Below are positions 13,301 to 26,700 of a stretch of DNA of 64,000 nucleotides, in pieces (the stretch's first letter is position 1; every line of letters begins with the position of its first letter). Both the position numbers and the translations under genes were made by a program. Source of the stretch: Thalia democratica (taxonomy: Eukaryota); assembly GCA_965202585.1 (NCBI GenBank), contig CBDBBG010000245.1, forward strand, positions 1-64,000, in the 5' to 3' direction. The notes under the pieces were generated by a model that saw nothing but the letters and a program-made list of their open reading frames with translations, searched no databases and was not told the origin of the DNA.

Positions 13301-15229
13301 ACTTGTTTTTAATAGACTTATAATTTTATTTATTTGATAATTCTTAATCATTTTTCTTAAAAACAAAACTCAAGTGTTAATAGATTTTGACTTGAGTCTA
13401 ATCAAAGTAGTTGTATTATTTTCTAATGAAACTATTATTCAAACGATAGTCTAAAATTTAGTTTGTTGAAAAATTTTATATTACTACGTTACAGTGGTTT
13501 CCATATTAGAAAATTCATGTTAATCTACTATGTAATTACTATAAATAGGCAATGTTTAATTACAAGAAAATACAACGAAAGTTCTTATCAATGACGTCAC
13601 AAGTTGCATTAAAAATTTGATGTTTTTATAAATAACTTCCGAAATATGTATTTTTAAACATTACCATTTTTATTGAAATTAATGTTTAAACTTTGTTTAA
13701 GTATTATACTATATTTAAACATATATTGTTTTTAAAAGCAAGTCACTAGTTGCAAAATAATGATTACTACTTGTTGTTTTTTAATTTTATCTTCAACGTA
13801 TATATAAAGTTATATGTATAAAATATAGTTATATTTATAAAACACATTTAAAAAGTTATTAAAATTTCCAAAAAAAGCGTTATTAAAGGTTTTAAACTTT
13901 ATAATTGTACTTCCTTGCTCTATTTTTTACAAAGGCTATCTGTCAAATACTAATCTATATTGTTGCATTTAAATTGTGGTGCAACTACTTAAACTATGTA
14001 TCATTTCACATATTGTATAAATCATTTTACGAGTAAGAACTTAATTAAATAGTTTATTCAAACTCGCATATGCAATAAAACTGAACCACCGTAAATTTTA
14101 TTTTTTAACTAACTTTTCCTCAATTTATTATATTTTAGATCAAATAAAACACTTTTAATTGTGTTAGTAAAAGCTATTTTTTAATTTTTATTCAACTTGT
14201 CAATATATCTTAATTTAGTAAGCTCAAGAAATCTTAAACTAATATATAATTATAAAGGACCTATTTAAGTAATTTAATAATCAAATAGACTTTGTTTTTA
14301 TTTAATTATGTTAGTTTTTATGTTAGAATTTAATTTTTGAAAAGCTCTAGGACACATCATAACATAAGTATCTTTAAAGCTTTATTTTTAGATTAAAAAA
14401 TATATACACTAGGAATTCTTGATTAGGCACTTTTTGGATGTCTTTAAGAGTAAGAATACTTTTTATTTGAAATAATTTTTATGTGGACATCATAAAAAAC
14501 TTTTTCTGCACTAGAGCTTAATATATAAAATTAATAATTTTGTTAAGAAAATGGTCTAAAGTATAATAGTATGAGGTGTGAAAAAAAATATTAGTTAATT
14601 TAGTGTAGTTTTAAAAAAAGTTGTTAATTTAATTAAAGTTATAATGTTTAATAACTAAAAACATCACAAAATGATAATAGAAATATTAACATCTCTAAAA
14701 TAATAATTAACAAGGTATTCAAAGTCTCAAATTAACTAATTATAGTTGCTATAAAATCTAAAAACGCCCCGATATCGTTGTAAGCAAAGATTGTTAGTCT
14801 CTACATAATTGTTGTTTTTATTTAAGCTTGTAAAGTATCTAAATTTTACTGTAAACAGTATAAATTAAGTTCAAGGCTAGGTTAACTTTTTAAACAATTA
14901 ACTAAAATATACATCAAAAACATAGAAATTTAACAATAGTTTAGATTTTAGTTCTCTATAAAAATTTTCATTTTAAAGACAAGCAATAAAAAAAGTAGTA
15001 ATATCAAATTCATATAAAGTACATATTTGAAATAACATAAAATGTGTTAAGTTATTAAAATGGTAGTTTTTAGTTTAATAACTTAAGTTTAACAGTTTAT
15101 AGACCTATAGTATAACATAAAATATAATCTTCTAAAAGGTTATTAAATTTTTGCTTATTAAGATTAAAAATAGTTTTCAGTTTATAATTATGATCTTACA
15201 TTGTCAAGAGATATCTTCAACTTTGTATG

Positions 15230-16126
15230 AAAATCGTTTTTGCAATTAGGATGAGTTTAAGATTGTTTTGTTTTTAGGAAGAAAATGTTATTATTCTGCT
15301 ACAAATGAAGTTATTAAACTAAAAGTTTCTAAATTTTAAATCCTTATAAATTGACTCCTATGTTAACACCTAGATTCTTTCAGCAGAACAGCTGTTATTT
15401 GTTCCGATATTTATGTACTTGGAGGATATAATGGAAATTATGATTGGACATCTTCTTTTGAAATGATTTCTTCAGAGACAAAACAATGGAAAAGTTAACA
15501 TCTTTTTTTGATGAAACAGTTCATTACAGTTTTTGTTCGTTTATGAAACGTATATATGCATTTGGTGGTTATATTAGAAATTCTATATATAGAAACAAAT
15601 GTTAAATGTATAAGATCAAAGGCAATAAGTGGTATTAAGTAGAAAGTTTACAAACAGAAAGAAGTGATTCAGCTTGTACAGTTTTTGAAGGTAATATTGT
15701 TTTTACTAGAGGTTTTAGTAAAAATGTTATTTGAAATCAGTTGAATCATATGATCATCATGAAAACAAATAGATTTTTTTATCTGATATGATTGCAGTTA
15801 AAAAATACCATTCTGCAATTAGTATGGGTAACAAAATGTTTGTAATAGATGTTGCACGTTCTGAAGAGTATGAAAATATTTTTAGAAAATTTACCTTGTT
15901 TAGTTTTAAACGACTAATAGGTCAATTTACTATTACTTATTTTAAAACACTTTTTATCAGTAACAAGTTGATCATACTTGATGACGTAGACTTTTGTAGT
16001 CAAGAATTGTATGTGTACAACGTCGATAAGAATAAATTGGAATCCGAAATCAATCTACTGAAAGACAATTTTAATTTCCAGCTTAATGTAGTTTTAAAAA
16101 ACTTCCCAAACTTCAGAGAAACCTAA
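15230..16126 (+). pseudogene. Kelch-repeat (KLHL-like) pseudogene
   Basis: Across stops and frameshifts: IYVLGGYNG..FEM..TKQW, IYAFGGY..KW, SACTVFEGNIV..LKSVESYDHHENK, HSAISMGNKMFVI, i.e. successive Kelch blades. No convincing BTB/BACK region is readable upstream. Confidence 0.85.
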
Positions 16127-17589
16127 AATAAGATAAAGTTAATTTTAAATACAAGTTATGTAAAATTAAGTTTTATATTTTAAGTGACAATTAAGTTTGT
16201 TATGATTTTAATTTTATAGTTTTTTTGTGTTGTATGGAAATCCTTTCGTTGTAATAAAATCGCTTTAGTAGTAAGTTTCTTTTTCATATCGTAATATTAT
16301 TGCTAACTTGAATATCTTTTTCTATCATTATTATTTTGACAATATAATTTTTATGCAAAATAATAAAATTATATTTTTTTTTAAAGGATTATAGGTTGAA
16401 TGTATTCTTTATTAATAGATAGGAAATAATTTAATTACATCATCAAGATTTATCATTTCTTTAGACTTAAAGCTATAAAAACATTAACTTAGTACTTTTT
16501 AGTACAATTTGTACTTAGTAAACAAGTAAGTCATTTTAAAACTATCTAAAATTATTTTATTTCTACCTTGTCCGACCATTTAATATACAGATTTGAAGAT
16601 TATCAAAATTATCATTACATGAATAACAATACTTAGCTTAATAGGCTTCAAAAAAGATAAAATCGAGTTTTTAAAATGATATAAGATTAACAAAGAACAA
16701 AGGCTTACCTTAATCTGGTCACTTTTGAGTATTTTATTAATAATTATTTTTAGAAACAGTTTACTAGTCATTCTAATTAATAACAAACTTATTGAATACT
16801 ACATAAATATCTTTGATTGCAGTTGTTACTTATACGTCTCAGTGTAATAATTAACTAAAATTTTGTAGTATTTAACAAATCCAAAAAAAATTTTGAGATA
16901 GTTTTAAGATTTGTAGTCTTTTCGACTTACTTTATCTGAAAAAGCTTAAACAAAGTTAAAGTGGTTTACAAGCTCCAAGTTTTGACCATTAATAGGATTG
17001 TTTTTTCAGTAAACATTTATTACGACTGAAATTAACATAAAAGATTATTCTAACTTTACCTGTCATTAAGCAGACCTAGTTTGGAAACACTAACTCTATA
17101 GTCTCAAAAAATTAGGCATTCAGTGAAAAAGTAATTTATTTCAAAAATAAACAAAACTGATATTTATAGCTTGTACAGTTCAAGTTTGTATAAGTACAAG
17201 GTATTTTAAGTCCTTTTTATTTAAGAGCTTTATAATTTTTAATAATAGGTATGGATACGCCCTGTTACTTATTCAACTTGCTTCAGAACGTATGTATGTA
17301 ATTAAATGATGCCTTACAATGCATACTTTTTTCAAAAACCTCACACAACACATGACCATTGAATCACAAACCAAAGTTTTCAACAATATTTTTTACTTCT
17401 GAGTTTAATACCGTAAAAAAGAATTATTTTATGATCAAAATATCAAGTTATTTCTAGTTTTAAAAACTTGCAATGAAAAGTTTTAAGCAATGTTGAGGAA
17501 GTATTTCAAATAAAGATCAGATTAACAGTGTGGACCAACTACTTGTATTTACAAATATAATCTAACGTACAATAAAAACTTTTAAACTA

Positions 17590-17730
17590 AAAGATATTCT
17601 TAAATCTTATATTAATGATAAAATAAATTATTAACGATAATGTTGAACAGCTGAACTATTTATTTAACTCAAGAGCTAACTTTACTTTTATTGCTATACT
17701 TACTGAGTCTTTAATTTTTTTAAACATTAT
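17590..17730 (+). mobile_element. Possible remnant of a CR1/L2-type LINE endonuclease N-terminus
   Basis: FLNL..NVEQLNYLFNSRANFTFIAILTES resembles the APE hLNxxS...fdiIalTEtW motif; short and degenerate. Confidence 0.3.
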
Positions 17731-20700
17731 TTCTACATCTAAATTAAAATTTTTTTAATTTTTTTCAAGCCAAGTTCTGTGACTTATACTTAATAATAAT
17801 AAAAAATTAACATAAAAAAATTCCCATAAAAAATACCACATAGTACAGTGGTTAAAAACATTTTACCGCCCAATTCATGGAAATATGGTTGAAGATCCAG
17901 TTTATTATATACAGATATAGTGTACGGCATTTTGTGATTTTGTTCAATGACCTCACCACAAAAGAGAACTCGGTTGGTTCTCGCTTTTTTAAACGTTTTG
18001 CTTTTTAAATTCTTTATGTTTAAACGACAAAAATAATGGTTAGCAAATTCGTAACATAGCAGGACTAACAAAAAGATAACACTTTTGTTTAAAACTGGTT
18101 TAAAATATTTAATTGTAGAGCACAAAACTTAGCGATTTTGTTTAATTACATCACTACAAAAAAGGACTCAGGTAGTGAAAGTTCAAGTGAAGATTAATAA
18201 AAACTGTACAGCACAAAAGAAGTAGGAATGACTGTTCCAAGAATTAGGGGTTCGAGCAAAAGAATAATGAAATTTAATAAAAGAAACAACTCCCTGTCTC
18301 GGATTAGTGATGAATAATTACCTAATATACAGATAGACATTTTAACTTAATTACAAATATGATTTTTATTTTTAAACCACGTAACACGGTGGTCTTGAAA
18401 TATTCACAAATTAGAACACAACAAAATGATTTGGTAGATCTGGTTTATAATATATTGATAATGTACAAGATATTGCAATTTTTTTCAATTACATCACTAC
18501 TAAAGAGAATTCAGATATCGATTATATCTTTTTAAAGTTAATGTTTTTAGATCATTCAAAAAATTGTGATCAATACATATAAAAACCTTTAATAATCTAA
18601 TTATGTAACATAATTGTTGATAGTAAAACACTTTGATAGATAAACCGAGCGCCACTCTAAACTTTAAACCTTTTAATTGCGATTAAAACGCAATGCAAAA
18701 ACTAAATGTAAGAAACGTGGATTCAACTAAAAGATTAATTAAAATAAATAAAGGTAACAATTCCTTGTTTAGGATTAGTAATTAATAACCACCTACAATT
18801 AAGATACGCGTATGAATTCTGGTTCAGTAAAATCAGCTTCAAGTTTAAACCACTTATTACATTACAGTGGTGTGCAAATACTCAAAAACTGGATTGGTAA
18901 TTATTGTCAATGGAACAGGTTTTCATATACAATTATAGATTACAAGTTTTTGTGATTTTGTTCAACAACGTCACTCCAAAAGAGAAACAAAATGATTCTC
19001 TCTTTTTATTTTTATTTTTTAAACTGTATGTGATCAGTAGATACATGTATAATATCTACAAATGTATAATTATACAGCAGAATTGTTGGTAGAGTAAAAG
19101 ATGTTGAAAATTTTAAGATGTTTTAGTTTAAAGATGATAAGAACCATTGTATTGAGTACAAGCTACTACAAACAAAAGAAAAACAATCATCATAAAATCA
19201 ACACTGATGTAGTTGTTTAACTTTATAAGTGACAGTAATATTCAACATGCACAATGAACAGCAACACCAGCGTGTTTATTTGCGTATTTGGTAGTTGATA
19301 AAACAAACTATGTGCAAAACAACTTTTAAATTAGAGTGTTAGAATGTTAACTAACTCGAGTTCCTTTTTATCAACTTGTTATTCGAGGAAAGATTGACAA
19401 AATTTTTTCTGTAGAGCACAAAAGAGTAGGATCCATTAGATCTAAGAATTGATATTTAAGCAAAAGACTACTGTACTAGAATAGATGTAACAAATCCTCG
19501 TCTCGGATGAACAGTTACCTAGCATGCATACACGCATGTTAACTTTTTGCTTTCAAGGATGATTTTCATGTTTTTAACCACATAACACAGTGGTCTGCAA
19601 ATTTTCACAAATTCTCATAGAACATTGTATTTAGTTGATCTGGTTTATTATATACAAATATAATGTACAATATGTTTTCATTTTGTTCAATTACGTCATT
19701 ACAAAAGAGAAATCACTAGGTTATTTATTTTCAATTTTTTACTTTTCAAATTGTATGTGCTCAGTAAATACATGCATAAAAATCAACAACAAAAAAAGAA
19801 ACTGCATGCATTAATTATAGTTGAATAGGTATCTGCCTAATAGTTAAGCTCACTTTATATTTGTATAAAAATATTCTAAAACGAAACTGAAAGCTACCTA
19901 CGTCACTAAAACTTCAAAATGATCAATTTATCAAAATCTTCTACCAATGAATACTTACAATATATGAATATATCTTCTACAAGTACTTTCAATACAAAGA
20001 AAGATATTTACCAGTATAGTTTTCGAATTTTCCACAACAAATCTTTAAATCAAACGTAGTTGAAAAACAAGTAAAATAATTTAAAATCCTTTTGTTAGCT
20101 GGTTAAAATAAATTTATCAGCATGTTTTGAGTTGTTAAACATAAAGGAAATGCTTAAATTAAAACAATTTAACAATAATAGATACAATTATATTACAGTT
20201 TTAGAGGAAATAAAAGTTTTAGTGAAGATTAAGTAAACATTGAAGAAATTGTTTCAGTAACAAGTCAGAATAAGTACCAATTGTTAACCTTTATAATGAG
20301 TTTTGACTTTTATGATGAGTTTTCTGTTAAAAATAACACTATCCTTAATCTGAATAACTAATTTGGTGTGTACAATAGTTTTACCTGAGATTTATGCACA
20401 TTAATTTACACAATGTAAACGTTTACAAGAGTTATTTTTATGTTTAAACCAAATGAAATAAAGGGTTGTAAATTACTACGGTGGTTGGTAGAGCCATTTC
20501 TAGAACAATATAATGACTCGAGTGTTTAAAAAAAAATTAACATGCATGGCTTACAAGACAGGGCTTAACCCGGAATCAAACAAGTGTTGTTTAAGCAAAG
20601 ATTACTGAGTATGAACTTAGTGGAAAACTATGCTACTTGCCATAAAGGGATAAGTATTAATTTTCCGTTTACAAGAAAGTACTGAATATTTTAGCCACAT

Positions 20701-21221
20701 GACACAGTGGCTTGCAAATAAGAGTAGCATGAAACATAAATAGTAAGCTCTGACTAATCTGTTTTATATATACAGTTATGGAGTACGAGGTTTTGCGGTT
20801 TTGTTTAATTACGTCATGAAAAAGATAAACTAGTAGATTCTCTCTTTTAAATGTTATTTAAAAATTTAAACATTCAAAATATCGTGAATAGTGAATTTGT
20901 GTGCAAATATTAAAAAAATATTTTTACGAAGTACAACTGTTGACAGAGTAAATGAAATTCGAGAACTGAAAGATTAAATATTCGCATGTTAACTACCTCG
21001 AGTTCGTTTTTATCAACTGGTTGGTCGTAAAACTTCGAGTAATGATTGACAAAAATAAAGTAAAAAGATTAGGATTAACTGGATCTAGTAAACGTGGATT
21101 CAACCAAAAGCTTATTGATTTTTAAACAATGGTGGCATACTCCTTGCTTCGGATGAGTGATGAACAGTAAACTCAGCATGCAGACACGCATGTTAACTTT
21201 TTGAAGACGATTTTTATGGTT

Positions 21222-21274
21222 AAACCACATAACACAGTGGTCTGCAAATATTCTCAACCTATTCCATAGCTAAT
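21222..21274 (-). ncRNA. Representative predicted small RNA unit (unique 5' segment + Sm-like motif + stem-loop)
   Basis: Predicted AUUAGCUAUGGAAUAGGUUGA-GAAUAUUUGCAG-ACCACUGUGUUAUGUGGU; TATA and GTGACGTAATTGAAC lie upstream on the minus strand. Inferred only. Confidence 0.4.
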
Positions 21275-21379
21275 GGTATTATTTATCCAGTTTCTATAAA
21301 AAGATATAGTGTACAATATTTTGTGATTTCGTTCAATTACGTCACTACAAAAGAGAATTCGGTTGGTTCTCTCTTTTTT

Positions 21380-23037
21380 CAGGGTTGCCACTCTTTGAGC
21401 CAAAAAATCTTCCCTGAGTGACCAAAAATTTCCCTGAGTAACCTTAAATTTCCCTGAGTTTCCCTGAGTATTTTTTCAAATCTTAAAAAAAAAAATTTCT
21501 CTTCTAACACAAATTATTAATACCTCATTCTCATTTTTCTTCTTTAATAATAAAAGGAAGGTTGTATGTGTATGCTTCTGCATTAAATTTATGAAAAACT
21601 GTTTTCAAAACTCAATCTTAAAAGGTTTAAACCAATTTAAAATTTGAAACTAAATTTTTGCACAACTTTGTGTAAACTTGTTAGTTAACTTTCTACATAA
21701 AAGAATAAAGTTTAATTTGTTTAAAATTTTAATTGACAAAATTTCTTAAGCTATAACAATAATTTCACATGAAGAACTCACTTAAATGCATACATAATAA
21801 CTTCATTATGATTTGTATGTCTTTCCTAGCAACTGTTCTGAATGCAGTAAATAAAACTTAAAAGCTTAACATTATTGTAAAAAAACCTGCAAAAAGAAAG
21901 TTTAAAGAAATAGCTTAAGAAATATCTCATATCAAAGTACAACTTAATACCTAACAACTGATACAAAATAATCTAAAATTAAATTTTTTTTATGTCTTTT
22001 AGATGTTCATACACAATCTGTTTTAAATAATTGAAAACATAATTTTGATTTTAAAAGAATTTCACATTACCTAATAAAAAAATCTTAATACTGTTTTTTT
22101 AAGTATGCAATTTCTAAATCAATAGTTTTAATTTTATTTTCAAGTTTATTTGCTTTGTCCTTAGCAGCTATTCCTCTTGCTAACAATTCTTTCATTGCTT
22201 CTAAAATCAGACTGTTTGTTGGCATCTGCAGTATATTTGTCATAGTCTTCATTCAAACATTTGAGTTGCTTTGTAAGTTTACTTTTTTGTTCTCCTAACT
22301 TGCTCAAAGCATCACCTTTATTTGGAACATTTTTAGCAAAGCGCTGTTGCTCAAGATATGCAAAATATTGGGCCCTAGAAGATTTTACAAATGTTAACAA
22401 TTCAGAACTTAGTTCAACTGTGCTTGGTTCTAGACTGTTTGCATATAGATGATCTTTGATCATTCTTAGGGACCTTATTGTCATCTCTCCCATATTAGTT
22501 GATATTACTTCCTTATTTAAGCTAAAGCCCCGTTCAACACTTGCCTGGCCATTGTGAAGCACAAAAACAGCCTCAAGGACTCTTGTTAAATCTGTATACT
22601 TGCTTGGGATATCGAGTGTGTCAAAATAAAAGGTGTCTAAACTGTGACTTTTTTCAAGAAAATTTTCAAAAAGTATTTGAGTGTTAGAAGAACTTAAAAA
22701 TCAATGTATTGATTTATGCTGTCATCAACCTCTTTTGCTTTTAGTATCTTCATGCTGACAAGTTGTTGGACCAACCTTGTAAAGTTTCTGACACAACGGT
22801 CTTTACCCATTCCAATTAGACATGCTGGATTTTTTAACAAAAGTAATACAACACTAATCTGTATTCATTTTAATTTTTTTACTGAAAACAAGTAGTTGTA
22901 AACAAATAACAAATAACTTCCCTGAGTTTCCCTGAGTTAAAAGAAAAATGCCAAAATTCCCTGAGTTTCCCTGAGATTTTCTACAGTTTGAAAATTTCCT
23001 GAGATTCCCTGAGTTCCCTGAGTGTGTGGCAACCCTG
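21380..23037 (-). mobile_element. Internally deleted hAT-related DNA transposon (probably hAT5-like)
   Basis: TIR CAGGGTTGCCAC/GTGGCAACCCTG; many subterminal TTCCCTGAG repeats; T-run duplicated on both sides relative to empty sites in sister units. Minus-strand remnant LDTFYF..VLHNGQASVERGFSLNK (22161-22820). Confidence 0.85.
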
Positions 23038-23479
23038 TTTTTTAAAGGTTTTACTTTTGAAATCGTATGTGATCAATAGATATATGTATAAAAATCTACA
23101 AAAATATATATTTAGCAGAACTATTCATAGAGAAAAAAAAACTTGAAAAACTTAAAAATCTTACAGTATTACTTGCAAAACTTATAATAAAAAAGTCATT
23201 TTCAAAAACATATAGAACATTTATGAACATATAAATATAGAAGCAGAAAAGCTAATAGCTTCGAGTTTCTACTTAAATATGTAAAACAAAACACCTGGTA
23301 ATAAATTAACTACGATGAATTTATAAGTACTTTTTTCTATATGTTTAGTATTGAACACATAATCTGTCTTTGATAACCATCAAGACACAAATTCAAAGAT
23401 AAATAAAAATCACAGCATTATACAGAGTATCACACTTAATAATTGATAGCCCTTGTATGTTAACACAAACAAATACTAA

Positions 23480-23794
23480 TTAACTTATTTTAAAGTTTAG
23501 TTTTTTTATAAATTCCAACATTCAAAGTCTTTTAAACTATAAAAGGAACATTTTCTGAAAGTTTGAGGTCTCTACCTTAAAAAATAAAGGAGAAAATAAA
23601 TTTTTAATTATTCTTTAAATTTCCGAGAAAATTGACCCCAAAAAACTTGCTGTCTATACGTTTGTATCAGAAAATTTTTGTTAAAGTTACAATATCTCAA
23701 AAGTTAGATAAGATTTTTTAATTCTATGAAAACTGGCTTGTAGCTTTCATTTAAGATCAAATTTTATTTTTAGTAAAAATATGTCGGACCGCCC
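23480..23794 (-). mobile_element. TTAA-ended non-autonomous element fragment (Kolobok-like), related to 48565-49171
   Basis: Ends GCCC|TTAA. It is reverse-complement similar to 48565-48790 (ctacaagccagtttt, ggggtcaattttctc, ctcaaactttc) and interrupts a spacer that is intact at ~26880. Confidence 0.55.
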
Positions 23795-26700
23795 TTAAGT
23801 CCTTAAACAAAAAACAACCATCATAAAATCAGCACTAATGTAGTTGTTTAACTTTACAAGTAACAGTAATATTTTACATGCAGATTTAACAGCAACACCA
23901 GCGTTTATTTATTTGGTAGTTAATACAAAACAACTTTTGATTTGATAATATTTTAAGACTGTTAGAATGATATCTAACTCGAGTTCGTTTTTATCAAACT
24001 GTTGGTCGAGTAAAAATTGAGAAAGAATTTTTCTGTACAGCAAAATCGGATGTGATAATTGGGGTTCAAGCAAAAGATTACTGATTTTTAAGCAATGGTG
24101 ACAAACTCCTTGCTTCAGATGAGTTATGAACAGTTACCCACCATGAAGACACGCATGCTAACTTTTTGATTACAAAGATGATTTTATGTTTAAACCACAT
24201 AACACAGTGGTCAGCAAATAATTCTATGGACTTGCAAATGCATTTGAATCCATGATCCGGTTTTTATATACGAATATCGTGTAAAATATTTTGTGATTTT
24301 GGGGAATGACGTCACCACAAATAAGAATTCGGTTGGTTCTCTCTTTTTTAAACGTTTTGCTTTTTAAACTCTTTATGTTTAAACGACAAAAATAATGGCT
24401 AGCAAATTAGTAACATAGCAGGACTAACAAAAAGATAAAACTTTGGATTACAACTGGATTAAAATATTTAATTGTAGAGCACGAAACTTAGCGATTTTGT
24501 TTAATTATGTCATTACAAAAATAACTCAGGTAGTTAAAGTTCGAGTTAAGATTAATAAAAACTGTACAGCACAAAAGAATTAAGAAATAAATAAGATCTA
24601 AGAATTAAGGGTTCGAGCAAAAGAATAATGTAATTTAATAAAAGAACAACTCCCTGTCTCGGATTAGTGGTGAATAATTTTACCTTATTTACAGATAGAC
24701 ATAATAACCTTTAATTTACAAATATAATTTTCATGTTTAAACCACGTAACACAGTGATCTTGAAATATTCACAAATTAGAACACAATATAATGATTTGGT
24801 AGATCTGGTTTATAATATAGTGATAATGTACAAGATATTGCAACTTTGTTTAATTACATCACTACTAAAGAGAATTCAGATATCGATTATATCTTTTTTA
24901 AAGTTAATGTTTTTAGATCATTCAAAAAACTGTGATCAATACATATATAAACCTTTATGATCTAATTATGTAACATAATTGTTGATAGTAAAACATTTTG
25001 ATAGATAAATCGAGAGCAACTCTTAACTTTAAACTTTTTAATTGCGATGAAACGAATTGCAAAAACTAAATGTAAGAAACGTGGATTCAACTAAAAGATT
25101 AATTGAAATAAATAAAGGTAATGATTCCTTGTTTAGGATTAGTAATTAATAATCACCTACCATAAAGATACGCGTATTAACATTTTGTTCAGTAAAATCA
25201 GCTTCACGTTTAGACCACTTAATACAGTGGTGTTCAAATACTTAAAAACTGGATTGGTAACTATTGTCAATGGAACTGGTATTTCATATACACTTATAGA
25301 TTACAAGATTTTGTGATTTTGTTCAATTACGTCACTAAAAGAGAAACAAGTAGATTGTTTAATATTTTAAATTTAAAACATTCAAAACGTTGTAAACAGT
25401 GAAGCTGTGTGAAAATATTTTCAAAAAATTAATTTACGAAGTAGAATAGTTGACAGAGTAAAAGAAATTTGAAAACTTTATGATTAAGTATTCGCATGTT
25501 TACTAATTCAAGCTCGTTTTTACCAACCTGTTGGTCGTTTTAGTTTGAGTAAACAGGTTGATAAAAAGGAAAGTTTTCTGTACAGCAGAAATAAGGGGGA
25601 CACTAACTGGATTTAAGAAAAGTAAATTCATGTAAAACATATTTTATATACACTTATAAAGTACAAGATTTTGTGATTTTGTTCAACTACGTCACTACAA
25701 ATGAGAAACAAGATGATTCTCTCTTTTTATTTTTACTTTTTAAATTGTATGTGATCAGTAGATACATGTATAATATCTACAAATTTATAATTATACAGCA
25801 GAATTGTTGGTATAGTGAAACATGTTGAAAACTTAAGGATGTTTTAGTATATAGATGATAATAACCATTGTATTGAGTGCAAACTACAACAAACAAAACG
25901 AAAAACAATAATAAAAAAAGCAGTACTGATGTAGTTGTTTCAGTTTACAAGTAAAAGTAATATTAAACATGCACAATAAACAACAACACCAGCGTGTTTA
26001 TTTGCGTATTTAGTAGCTGATAAAACAACTATATGCAAAACAACTTTTAAATTAATAATATTTTAAGTTCTAACTCGAGTTCGTTTTTATCAGACTTTTA
26101 GTCAAGAGAAGAGCCAAGATTGACAAAAGTTTTCTGTACAGCATAAAAGAGCGGGATCTGAGAATTGGAGTTCAAGCAAATTTCTTACTTCTGTTTCTGA
26201 TTGTTAAACAATGATGACAAGCTCCGGACTAGCGATGAACAATTACATACAGACACGCATTTTAACTTTTTGCTTACAAAGATAATTTTCACGTCTAAAC
26301 CACATAACACATTAGTCTAAAAATAATCCTATAGACTTGTGAACTCACTGATTACCTTAGAAGAGTTTTTTATAAACACATACAGTGTACAATATTTTGT
26401 GATTTTGTTCAATTACGTCACTACAAAAGAGAATTTAGTTGGTTCTCTCTTTTATAAATGTTTTACTTTATAAATTGTACGTGATCAATAGATATATGTA
26501 TAAAAATCTACAAAAATATGTACATATTTAGCAGAACTGTTCATAGAGAAAACATGTTGAATAACTAAAATCTTACAGTCTAACTTGCAATACTTGTAGT
26601 AAAAAAGTCATTTTAAAAAACATCTAGAATATTTCTGAGTACATAGAAGCAGAATAACTAATAGGTTCTAGCTTCTACTTTCTACTCAAATAGGTAAACC

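Larger units (their letters stand above)
2298..13600 (-). other. Old, highly diverged array of ~0.9-1 kb units retaining only a hairpin and a (T)GACGT(C/A)A motif
   Basis: ACGTCA-type motifs at 2407, 7966 (degenerate), 8809, 9823, 10776, 11611, 12540 and 13592. Most are preceded ~90-125 bp upstream (+ strand) by an A(A/G)CCAC..GTGG(T/C)T-like hairpin (2298, 7867, 8687, 9733, 10652, 11488, 13483). Confidence 0.55.

Noticed and set aside
21225-21260. CACAGTG heptamer in each unit as a RAG RSS or Transib terminus
   Set aside because: No ACAAAAACC nonamer at 12 or 23 nt, no inverted partner end or TSD, and the heptamer varies while the hairpin pairing is kept.
21150-21290. Box C/D snoRNA (GTGATGA on + strand) or spliced-leader RNA genes
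   Set aside because: No CTGA D box follows the variable segment. SL RNAs need a constant leader followed by a GT donor, whereas here the 5' part is the variable one and no GT follows.
24050-24080. GGTTC(A/G)AG as a tRNA/SINE B box
   Set aside because: It lacks the terminal C of GTTCRANNC, and there is no proper A box or cloverleaf.
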